From Geotalea uraniireducens Rf4 (GTDB lineage: Bacteria; Desulfobacterota; Desulfuromonadia; Geobacterales; Geobacteraceae), in contig NC_009483.1 in NCBI RefSeq assembly GCF_000016745.1, positions 540,001 through 572,000 on the forward strand: a stretch of DNA of 32,000 nt, in the 5' to 3' direction. Under the pieces are notes generated by a model. That model made no database searches and was not told the origin of the DNA. It was given only the letters and a program-made list of their open reading frames with translations. Below are positions 1 to 8,131 of this stretch, one piece after another. The translations under genes were made by a program, and so were the position numbers. How positions within the stretch are numbered: the first letter of the stretch is position 1; each line of letters starts with the position of its first letter.

Positions 1-12
1 TGTCACTGAGAC

Positions 13-69
13 TGTCAACCGGCGTTGACATAAAACACCTTTGCACTTGCACCGTTTTTCCTCTATTAT
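13..69 (+). promoter_or_regulatory. Perfect palindrome TGTCAAC-CGGC-GTTGACA (13-30) followed by a candidate sigma-70 promoter TTGCAC (41-46), 17-nt spacer, TATTAT (64-69)
   Basis: Read directly from the sequence. It lies 60-115 nt upstream of the Fe-S subunit ATG at 129. There is no experimental or comparative support. Confidence 0.3.
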
Positions 70-128
70 TTGCGCTGTCTGCGGCGCTTGCCGCCAGAGT
101 GGCATCATGAAACCAGCGGAGGGCATAC

Positions 129-887
129 ATGGACAAGGATATCCTGATCACAATGCAGGAGGATCTGGAACGGGCGCTGCAAAGACCCGCTCTTGAGCGG
201 CGCTGGGCCATGCTCCTTGACCTGCGCAAATGCGTCGGCTGCCACGCCTGTACCATCGGCTGCGTCTCGGAAAACAAGCTGCCGCCGAAACTTTATTACC
301 GTCCCGTCTTCGAGTATGAGCAGGGGAAATACCCGAAACCAACCCGAACCTACCTCCCCCGGCCGTGCATGCAGTGCGACAAGCCTCCCTGCGTCACCGC
401 CTGTCCGGTGAAAGGCCCCGATGGCGCCACCTGGAAGGAAACCAAGGGGATCGGCACCGGTATCGTCCCGGTCAATTATGCCCGCTGTATCGGTTGCGGC
501 AAATGCGTTCCCGCCTGCCCCTATCAGGCTCGCACCATGGATGACGGCGGCTTCCACACCGCCGGCACCCCTGAGCTGCAGAAATACGAAACCTTGCCCT
601 CCTTCGAATATGGCAAGAAGTGGCCCCGTTCCGGCAAGAACCAGCCGATCGGCAACGCCCGCAAGTGCCATTTCTGCATCCATCGTTTGGCCAACGGCAT
701 GCTTCCCATGTGCATCACCACCTGCATCGGCCGGGCTGGCTATTTCGGCGACGAGAGCGATTCAAAGAGCCTGATCGCCCAGGTAAAAAAGGCCAACAAG
801 ATTCAGATTCTCAAGGCCGGCAAGGGGACGGCGCCGCGGGTCTATTACGTGGCGAATGAGACGCTGGAGGTGCTCTATGGCAAATAA
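129..887 (+). CDS. 4Fe-4S ferredoxin-type electron-transfer subunit of a molybdopterin oxidoreductase (DmsB/NrfC/TtrB-like, four Cys clusters)
   Basis: The ORF is 252 aa, with a GGAGGG SD at 119-124. Cys groups are CVGCHACTIGC, CMQCDKPPCVTACP, CIGCGKCVPACP and CHFC...CITTC. It has no signal peptide of its own, consistent with Tat hitch-hiking on a catalytic subunit. Confidence 0.9.
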   Translation: MDKDILITMQEDLERALQRPALERRWAMLLDLRKCVGCHACTIGCVSENKLPPKLYYRPVFEYEQGKYPKPTRTYLPRPCMQCDKPPCVTACPVKGPDGATWKETKGIGTGIVPVNYARCIGCGKCVPACPYQARTMDDGGFHTAGTPELQKYETLPSFEYGKKWPRSGKNQPIGNARKCHFCIHRLANGMLPMCITTCIGRAGYFGDESDSKSLIAQVKKANKIQILKAGKGTAPRVYYVANETLEVLYGK

Positions 888-972
888 CAATGACGATGAC
901 GTTTCCCGCCGCGAATTCCTGAAAAATCCGCTATCGTGGGTGGGAGTGTGTCGTTCTATGACACGAAGGTGA
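877..972 (+). pseudogene. 31-codon ORF encoding only a twin-arginine leader-like peptide (MANNNDDDVSRREFLKNPLSWVGVCRSMTRR); likely remnant of the 5' end of a catalytic-subunit gene
   Basis: The ATG at 877 overlaps the stop of the Fe-S gene (ATGGCAAATAA), the coupling typical of subunit pairs. Its SRREFLKN matches SRRDFLKN of the intact oxidoreductase at 4750-4770; about 22 of 25 nt are identical across tttcccg.cg.ga.ttcctgaaaaa. The frame stops at TGA 970-972. Confidence 0.35.
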
Positions 973-1020
973 AAATTGATAAAGGTATGAAGTGTAGGAT
1001 AAAAGATTGACTCGAAAACG

Positions 1021-1048
1021 GGGTCGCCAAGTGGCGGCCCTTTTTTTT
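1021..1048 (+). terminator. Rho-independent terminator
   Basis: GGGTCGCC-AAGT-GGCGGCCC stem (one mismatch) followed by TTTTTTTT at 1041-1048. Confidence 0.7.
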
Positions 1049-1144
1049 ACCCTGTCTTCCAGTTCGTACCATAAGGAATCCAGCTAAAGTTTTTTCAACT
1101 GTGTGACGATAGGGCTATTAAAACAACTTTATCGGGAGGGTGAC

Positions 1145-1936
1145 ATGGGTATGAAAAGAGGGGTCTCGGGTAAAAAGACGGTTTTGCTGGCAGCGGTGTT
1201 GGCGTTGGGCGTTATACATGCGGCTCAAGCAGAAACCGTAAAGCTACATGGTTCGACGACGGTGCAAAAGCGGATTATGGAGCCTGGCAAGGACGCGCTG
1301 AAAAAAGCAACAAGCATCGATCTGGTGCTGGTCGGCAACGGGACCGGCAATGGCCTTGAGGATCTGGTAAACGGCAAGTGTGACGCTTCCATGGCGTCGG
1401 AAGAGTTGGCCGATGCCGTAGCCAGCATGAAGGACGCAAGCGGCAAGGAAGCGGCTGCAGGGCTTACGCCTCATATTATTACCACCGATGTCATCAAGGT
1501 GATCGTGCACCCGTCAAATACGGTGGCCAAGCTTTCCAAGGAACAGCTCAAGGGGCTTCACAACGGCTCAATAGCCAACTGGAAGGATGCCGGCGGGACC
1601 GACCAGCCGGTAATCGTCATTACCTCTCATCTCGGTTCTGCGACGAGGAAGGTCTTCCAAAAAGAGGTCATGGACGGGACAAAATATGTGGATGGCGCCA
1701 TTGAAGTGGAAACGACCCGCAAGGAGATCGACAACGTTTCCCACTTTCCGGAAGCCATAGGGGCCGTCAGCATGGGGTTCATCAATCTGCCCGGCAACAG
1801 GGAAAAGATCAAGATAGTCGAAACGCCGCAGATCAGCCGCCCTCTCATGTTGATCACAAAAGGCGAGGCTTCACCGTCAGTAAAAAAAGTCGTGGATTTT
1901 TTCAAGGGTGAAGGAAAGAAATACATTAAAGACTGA
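1145..1936 (+). CDS. Periplasmic substrate-binding protein, PstS/PBP-like-2 family-like (secreted)
   Basis: ORF 1103-1936 was trimmed to the ATG at 1145, which has a GGGAGGG SD at 1134-1140. The signal peptide is MGMKRGVSGKKTVLLAAVLALGVIHAAQA. LHGSTTV and VGNGTGNGLEDLVNGKCD resemble phosphate/anion-binding PBP domains. The ligand is not inferable. Confidence 0.8.
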   Translation: MGMKRGVSGKKTVLLAAVLALGVIHAAQAETVKLHGSTTVQKRIMEPGKDALKKATSIDLVLVGNGTGNGLEDLVNGKCDASMASEELADAVASMKDASGKEAAAGLTPHIITTDVIKVIVHPSNTVAKLSKEQLKGLHNGSIANWKDAGGTDQPVIVITSHLGSATRKVFQKEVMDGTKYVDGAIEVETTRKEIDNVSHFPEAIGAVSMGFINLPGNREKIKIVETPQISRPLMLITKGEASPSVKKVVDFFKGEGKKYIKD

Positions 1937-2029
1937 CGACCGTTGGCAGGGCTCGGCTTGAAGCGCACAGCCCAGTGTCGTGCGCTGTTTTTACGCGTAT
2001 CAATTCTGATCAGCAGATGGAGAAGCAAC

Positions 2030-4522
2030 ATGACGATTAAGGCAAAGCTGTATGCAAATATGCTGATTACGATTACTGGAATTCTGGTTATCGGCGGTTT
2101 CAGCCTCGCCGGGATGAAATTCGTGCAAAGCAAGCTTTCGGTTCTCACGGAACAATCAACGCCATACCAACTTAAAACCATTGACCTGCAGCGTGCTCTC
2201 CAGGAACACACATCAAGCCTGATCAAATTGGCCACGGCAACGTCAATGGCAGACTATAACGCTACAAAGAACGACGCCGAAAAAACGCTCGCAGAAATCA
2301 AGACCGTTTCCAATGATCTTGCCGGCTTCAAATCGTCTAATGGAGAGGACAGGTCGAATAGCTCTGCACAGGAATTGGAAGTGATAACCGTAGAACTGTT
2401 CAAGACCACGCAAGAGCGGTTGCTGGCTGAGGAAGCAGGTAAAGCGGCTGATGCTCTGATGAAGAAGAAGCTGCTGGACATTTCCAGGAAATTGCGCGAC
2501 ATGGATAACACCATGAAATCCGTACAGAAAAACTCCATGCACCAGCTTTCCAAATCCAATGACAGCGTCAAGACCATCACCCAGAAGGTAAAGAACGTGC
2601 AAGGCGCAACCAACTCATTGAATGATGTGAAAGTGGCCGTGCTGGAGGTCTCCGCAGCCGACAGCAAAACCGCCCTGGCGGTGGCCAAGAGTCATTTTAC
2701 GGTTGCTTCACGCCTGGTCACTCAGAGCGTTCTTGTTAAAAACGATAAAGGGGGCGGGATTGGCAAGGAGCTTACTGAAGGGATCGGCGAAGTGACCAAG
2801 CGTGTTGCATCTTCACAGGGGCTGCTCGATCTGAAGGGCGCGATTCTCGTGACACCAGACGACGAAACAAAGAAAAAATTCAACCAAACCTTGGCGTTCG
2901 TCAATCAAAAGCTGGCGCAATTGTCGGTATTGATGGGGGACGCGGTCGAAAAATCGACGGAAGACTTTTCCTCAGAGAACACGAAATTTGACAGTTCGTT
3001 AACAGGAGCCAGTTCAGCCGGCGATATTATGGCGTCAACCAGCGACCTGATTGCTCTCGGCTCTGATGTGAGCAGGCTTATCAATGATCTCTTCAGCGCC
3101 GGCACCATACAGGAACTGGAAGCCATCAAAGCAGACCTTGTGCATAAATTCGACAATGCAAATGCCATACAGAAGAAGGTGGCGTCAGTGAGCGGCGCAC
3201 GGAGAAATTCGGGGCAGACGGTGCGCCTTGCCGGCGTATCCGGCTCTTTGACCGAGATCAAGGGTCTCTTGCTGGCAAAAGATGGTGTCGCAGAAAAGCT
3301 TGCTCGGGTGTTGAAGGTGAAAACCCAGGCTCAATCACTGAACACCAAGCTGAAGGACCTGGTGGCCAAGCAGCGCGAGGAGGGAAAAAGAGGGGTTACC
3401 TCGGCACAGGCTGAACAGGAAAAAGCGGTTAAATCGGTGAACAGGGTTTTTAAGACTAATATTACGTCAGTTTCCGTCATCGCGCTCATCGTGCTGGTGC
3501 TGGGTATTGTCTTCAGTACCGGTCTGGCAAAATCGATCACCGCACCGATCAGAGAACTGACCAGCATTTCGGAAAAGTTCGGTAATGGCGACTTCAGCAG
3601 CAGTCTCGATGAAAAGCGGAAAGACGAGTTCGGTACGCTCGCAGTCCATTTTAACCAGGCTACTGCAAAGCTCAAAGAGATAACCTCCCAGATTCGGGAG
3701 GCCATCGGCAACCTTGCCTACAGCTCCAGCAGCCTCACTGCTACGGCTGAAGAATTGAGTGCCGGCGCACGGCAGCAGGCAACACAGACGGATCAGTCCG
3801 CTTCGGCCATGATCGAGATGAGCCAGACGATCCAGGATGTGGCGCGCAATGCCCATGAAACTGCTGCAGAGACAAAAAACTCCCTCACTCTGGCCAGCGA
3901 CGGCCAGAAGATCGTCGGTGAAACCGTGCGCGGCATGGAAGAAATTGCTGCTTCGGTCAAGGAAACCGCTGATACCGTCAAGCTACTCGGCGAAAATTCT
4001 ACCAGGATCGGCTCGGTCGTTGATGTCATAAATGAAATCGCCGACCAGACCAACCTGCTGGCGCTTAACGCGGCCATTGAGGCGGCACGGGCTGGCGAGG
4101 CCGGCAGGGGCTTTGCCGTAGTTGCCGACGAAGTGCGGAAGCTGGCCGAGAAGACCGGCGAGTCCACCAGGGAAATTGCCGAAATGGTCGCCCAGATTCA
4201 GGCCAGCACCCAGAAGTCGGTGCGCGCCATGGAAAAGGGGACCGCCAAGGTCGAGGAAGGGATGCTGCGGGCAACGGAAGCAAACCTCGCCTTGGAGTCC
4301 ATCGTTGGGGCGTCTGACAAGGGTGTTGCCATGGTTCAGACCATCGCCACCGCAGCAGAAGAGCAATCGGCTGTTGCTGCTGAGGTTTCCACGAGCATGG
4401 AGCACATCGCCACGATAACCCGTTCAGCCGAAATGTCCACCGGTGAGATTACCCGTGCTGCGGAAGAACTCAACAGGCTTGCCGGCGACTTGAATCGAAT
4501 GGCGGGGTGGTTCAAGATGTAG
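2030..4522 (+). CDS. Methyl-accepting chemotaxis protein with a large (about 450 aa) helical periplasmic domain, HAMP domain and MA signalling domain
   Basis: ORF 1943-4522 was trimmed to the ATG at 2030 ([24 protein letters not shown] is TM1). TM2 is [20 protein letters not shown], followed by HAMP. The canonical signalling hairpin is [39 protein letters not shown]. Confidence 0.93.
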   Translation: MTIKAKLYANMLITITGILVIGGFSLAGMKFVQSKLSVLTEQSTPYQLKTIDLQRALQEHTSSLIKLATATSMADYNATKNDAEKTLAEIKTVSNDLAGFKSSNGEDRSNSSAQELEVITVELFKTTQERLLAEEAGKAADALMKKKLLDISRKLRDMDNTMKSVQKNSMHQLSKSNDSVKTITQKVKNVQGATNSLNDVKVAVLEVSAADSKTALAVAKSHFTVASRLVTQSVLVKNDKGGGIGKELTEGIGEVTKRVASSQGLLDLKGAILVTPDDETKKKFNQTLAFVNQKLAQLSVLMGDAVEKSTEDFSSENTKFDSSLTGASSAGDIMASTSDLIALGSDVSRLINDLFSAGTIQELEAIKADLVHKFDNANAIQKKVASVSGARRNSGQTVRLAGVSGSLTEIKGLLLAKDGVAEKLARVLKVKTQAQSLNTKLKDLVAKQREEGKRGVTSAQAEQEKAVKSVNRVFKTNITSVSVIALIVLVLGIVFSTGLAKSITAPIRELTSISEKFGNGDFSSSLDEKRKDEFGTLAVHFNQATAKLKEITSQIREAIGNLAYSSSSLTATAEELSAGARQQATQTDQSASAMIEMSQTIQDVARNAHETAAETKNSLTLASDGQKIVGETVRGMEEIAASVKETADTVKLLGENSTRIGSVVDVINEIADQTNLLALNAAIEAARAGEAGRGFAVVADEVRKLAEKTGESTREIAEMVAQIQASTQKSVRAMEKGTAKVEEGMLRATEANLALESIVGASDKGVAMVQTIATAAEEQSAVAAEVSTSMEHIATITRSAEMSTGEITRAAEELNRLAGDLNRMAGWFKM

Positions 4523-4554
4523 AAAAAGGAATGGGGTATTGAAGGGTTTAGAGT

Positions 4555-4593
4555 GGAAACGGGCTGTCGCAAGACTGCCCGTTTCCGTTTTCT
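4555..4593 (+). terminator. Rho-independent terminator
   Basis: Perfect 10-bp stem GGAAACGGGC (4555-4564) / GCCCGTTTCC (4577-4586), a 12-nt loop, then GTTTTCT. Confidence 0.75.
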
Positions 4594-4704
4594 AAGGTTA
4601 ATAATGGTTTTTTAAATACCAACCTCGCGTTCTGCAACTTCTTCTGTTGCCTTTGCGCCTATTTTTGCTATCTTTACGTGAATCTCAATAACAGGAGGGC
4701 GTTG

Positions 4705-7700
4705 ATGGATGAGCGTGACGATATAGAGCTTCTGGAAAATAAAGGGATTTCCCGGCGAGATTTCCTGAAAAACAGCGCGCTCATCGGCTGCGGCGCCCTG
4801 GTGGCCTCCCAGCTCGATTTTGCCCACGGCCTCATCGCCCGTGTCGAGGCGGGGGAGCTGACCCAGATGGAGGCCCTGGAGATGTTGCGGGAGGAAAGCA
4901 CCCTCTATACGGTTTGCCTCAACTGCAACACCGGCTGCGGCATCAAGGTGAAGGTCCTCGACGGCGTCGCCGTCAAGGTGGACGGCAACCCGTACAACCC
5001 GTTCACCCTCCACCCCCATCTTCCCATGACCGAGGAGTTGAGCAGGGCGGCAAAGGTGGACGGCGCCATCTGTCCCAAGGGACAATCTGCCCACCAGGGG
5101 GCCTACGACCCTTACCGCATCCGCAAGGTGCTGAAGCGGGCCGGCAAGCGTGGCGATGGGAAGTGGGTCTCCGTCCCCTTTGACCAGGCCGTGTCCGAAA
5201 TCGTCAACGGCGGCGCGTTGTTCGCCCATGTCCCGGGCGAAGAAAAGCGCCTGGTGACGGGGCTCAAGGATATCTACGCCATGAAGGATCCCATGGTGTT
5301 CGAGTCGATGGGGGCCGACGTGGCGCTGATCCGCAAGAAAAAAATGACGGTTGCGCAGTTTAAGGCGCGGCACGCGGCCAATCTCCACCTCCTCATCGAC
5401 CCGGACCACCCGGATTTCGGGCCGCGGAACAACCAGTTCGTCTACTTCTGGGGGAGGATCAAGGGTGGGCGGAGCGACTTCGCCAAACGCTTCACCGACG
5501 GCTTCGGCACGGTCAATACCCATGGCCATACCACGGTCTGCCAGGGGTCGCTCTACTTCGCCTGCAAGGCCATGAGCGAGCAGTATGTGGGCGATACCTT
5601 CAAGGATGGCCAGAAGTTCTACTGGCAGGCCGACCAGGAGAATGCCGAATACATCCTCTTTGTCGGCGCCAACCTCTTCGACGGCAATTACGGCCCTCCC
5701 AACCGGACGCCGCGCATGACCCAGAGGCTCGTTGAGGGGAAACTGCGGATTACTGTCATCGATCCGCGTTTCACCAAGCTTGCCGCCAAGGCTCACCGCT
5801 GGGTGCCGATCAGGCCGGGCACCGATGCGGCCTTTGCCATGGGGATGACCCGCTGGATTCTGGAGAACAAGCGCTATGATGCAGTCTATCTGGCCAACGC
5901 CAACAAGGCGGGGGCTGCGAAGGACGGGGAATCCACCTGGAGCAATGCCACCTGGCTGGTGAAGATCGATAAGGACGGGAACCCCGGCGCGTTCCTCCGT
6001 GCCTCGGAGATCGGCCTGAAAGCGAAGGAGGTAAGGACGGGCAGGGATGGGAAGGAGTTCCCGTTCGAATACCTGGTGGCCATCCGGGACGGCGAGCCGA
6101 CGGCCTTCGATCCCAACGACGAGCGGCTGCGGGTGAGGGGGGAGCTCTTCGTCAGCACCGAGCTCAAGGGGAAGGAGGGGCCGATCAGGGTCAAGAGCGC
6201 CTTGCAGATCATGCTGGAAACGGCCCGGGAAAAAACCATCGCCGAATATGCAAAGATCTGCGGCGTGGAGCCGGGGGTGATCGAGGCCGTGGCCAGGGAA
6301 TTCACCTCCTACGGAAAGAGGGCCTGCGTCGATGTCCATCGCGGACCTGCCCAGCACACCAACGGGTTTTACGCCATCTCCTCACTGATGAACCTGAACC
6401 TGCTCGTGGGGAACTTCGACTGGAAGGGGGGGATGATCGCCGCATCGACCTTCAACACGGACGGCAGCAGGAACGAGCGGCAACCATTTAACTTCAAGAA
6501 GCTTACCCCAAAGAGCGGCAAACCGTTCGGCCTGTCCATCATTCGCCACGACGCTTTGTACGAGGAGTCGACCGTTTTCGCCGGCTACCCGGCCAAGCGC
6601 AACTGGTGGCCGCTTTCCTCGGACGTTTACGAGGAGATTCTGCCATCCATAGCCGATGCCTACCCCTATCCGATCAAGGTCCTTTTCTCCTACATGGGGA
6701 GCCCTTCCTACTCCCTTCCCGCCGGGCAGACCAATATCGCGGCCCTGACGAACCTGGAACGGGTGCCGCTCTACTTTGCCAGCGACATCACCGTAGGCAC
6801 CACCACCATGTACGCCGATTATGTCTTTCCCGACCTGCACTTCCTTGAACGCTGGGAATTCCAGGGGTCCCATCCCAATATGCCGGTCAAGGTCCAGCCG
6901 GTGCGCCACCCGGTAATTGCCTCGCCCAACGAGGTGGTCCGGGTGTTCGGCGAGGAGCAGCCGATCTCCTTCGAGACGCTCTGGCTCGCCCTTGCGGAGA
7001 AACTGGGCATTCCCGGCTTCGGCAAGGACTGCTTTGCCGCCGGTCAGCATTTTACCCGTCCCGATGATTTTTATTTCCGCATGGTTGCCAACCTGGCCTA
7101 TGACGGCAGGGAGCCGGTCCCCGATGCCGGGTGGAACGAGGTGGAGTTATTCATGCGGGGCCACAGGCACCTGCCGAAGAATGTCATCGACATGGCGCGA
7201 AATGAAAATCTGGGGTTGGCCAACTTGAGCAAGGCGATCCACATCCTCAACCGGGGCGGCCGTTTCGATACACAGGAAGCCTCCTACAAGGGGGAGTACG
7301 CGGCAAACAGGTACGGCCGGCTGATAAACCTCTACCAGGAGAAAACCAGCAAGGTGAAGGACGCCTTTACCGGCAGGCATTTCCATGGCATGGCACGCTA
7401 CGAGCCTGTTGCCGATACGCTCGGCAACGAGCCGACTCTTCTTTCAAAAGGGTACGACCTACACCTCATAACCCAGCGGGATGTGAGGATGACCAAGAGC
7501 CGGACCGTCACCAACCAGTACCTGACCGAACTCATGCCGGGAAACGGCATCATCGTCAACACGAGGGATGCCAGGCGATTGGGGTTGAAGAACGGACAAA
7601 TGGTAAAGGTGGTGTCGGCGAGCAACCCCGCCGGGGAGTGGGACCTGGGCAACGGTGTGAAAAAGCCGATGATCGGCAAGGTGCAGATCACGGAGACCAT

Positions 7701-7929
7701 CCGGCCCGGCGTCGTCACCTTTACCCTCGGCCACGGCAACTGGGCCACCGGTGCCGCAGACGTGACCATCGACGGTACGCTGATCAAGGGGGATCCGCGC
7801 CGGGGCGGGGGTGTCCATGCCAATGCCGCCATGTGGATCGATCCGCACCTGAAGAACACCTGCATGATCGACAAGGTGGGGGGGAGCGTTTCCTTCTACG
7901 ATACGATGGTGCGGCTGGTGAAGGTCTAG
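4705..7929 (+). CDS. Tat-exported molybdopterin (bis-MGD) oxidoreductase catalytic subunit, DMSO-reductase superfamily (TtrA/PsrA-like size class)
   Basis: ORF 4678-7929 was trimmed to the ATG at 4705, with an AGGAGGG SD at 4692-4698. The twin-arginine motif SRRDFLKNSALIG is at 4750 onward. The N-terminal FeS motif CLNCNTGC is at 4915-4938. The protein is about 1074 aa. Substrate is not inferable from sequence alone. Confidence 0.9.
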   Translation: MDERDDIELLENKGISRRDFLKNSALIGCGALVASQLDFAHGLIARVEAGELTQMEALEMLREESTLYTVCLNCNTGCGIKVKVLDGVAVKVDGNPYNPFTLHPHLPMTEELSRAAKVDGAICPKGQSAHQGAYDPYRIRKVLKRAGKRGDGKWVSVPFDQAVSEIVNGGALFAHVPGEEKRLVTGLKDIYAMKDPMVFESMGADVALIRKKKMTVAQFKARHAANLHLLIDPDHPDFGPRNNQFVYFWGRIKGGRSDFAKRFTDGFGTVNTHGHTTVCQGSLYFACKAMSEQYVGDTFKDGQKFYWQADQENAEYILFVGANLFDGNYGPPNRTPRMTQRLVEGKLRITVIDPRFTKLAAKAHRWVPIRPGTDAAFAMGMTRWILENKRYDAVYLANANKAGAAKDGESTWSNATWLVKIDKDGNPGAFLRASEIGLKAKEVRTGRDGKEFPFEYLVAIRDGEPTAFDPNDERLRVRGELFVSTELKGKEGPIRVKSALQIMLETAREKTIAEYAKICGVEPGVIEAVAREFTSYGKRACVDVHRGPAQHTNGFYAISSLMNLNLLVGNFDWKGGMIAASTFNTDGSRNERQPFNFKKLTPKSGKPFGLSIIRHDALYEESTVFAGYPAKRNWWPLSSDVYEEILPSIADAYPYPIKVLFSYMGSPSYSLPAGQTNIAALTNLERVPLYFASDITVGTTTMYADYVFPDLHFLERWEFQGSHPNMPVKVQPVRHPVIASPNEVVRVFGEEQPISFETLWLALAEKLGIPGFGKDCFAAGQHFTRPDDFYFRMVANLAYDGREPVPDAGWNEVELFMRGHRHLPKNVIDMARNENLGLANLSKAIHILNRGGRFDTQEASYKGEYAANRYGRLINLYQEKTSKVKDAFTGRHFHGMARYEPVADTLGNEPTLLSKGYDLHLITQRDVRMTKSRTVTNQYLTELMPGNGIIVNTRDARRLGLKNGQMVKVVSASNPAGEWDLGNGVKKPMIGKVQITETIRPGVVTFTLGHGNWATGAADVTIDGTLIKGDPRRGGGVHANAAMWIDPHLKNTCMIDKVGGSVSFYDTMVRLVKV

Positions 7930-8094
7930 GAGCCTGTCGGACTTAGGAATGAATCTACTGCGAGAATGGCAAATCGGTCCATATCTCCGGAAATTTTCGA
8001 CGAATAGGTCCACTATTAGCTCTCAAATTTCCGGAAATCTGTCCTCGATTTTCCATCCTCTCGCTACGATTCCCTAAGTCCGACAGACTCCTAG
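7926..8094. repeat. 169-bp long imperfect palindrome (MITE/REP-like element or structured RNA)
   Basis: The outer arms CTAGGAGCCTGTCGGACTTAGG (7926-7947) and CCTAAGTCCGACAGACTCCTAG (8073-8094) are 21/22 complementary. The inner arms CCGGAAATTT (7987-7996) and AAATTTCCGG (8025-8034) are perfectly complementary, and intermediate segments are partly complementary. The left end contains the TAG stop (7927-7929) of the oxidoreductase gene. Confidence 0.7.
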
Positions 8095-8131
8095 GGGCGG
8101 GCAAAACTATCAAAAATGATCGGAGCAATTT

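Noticed and set aside
4612-6357. 581-aa ORF on the minus strand
   Set aside because: It is antisense to the molybdopterin oxidoreductase gene. Its composition (Gly/Arg/Pro/Leu/Ala-rich) is typical of a shadow frame in high-GC coding DNA, and it has no recognisable motif. The plus-strand frame carries a Tat signal, an FeS motif and family-wide similarity.
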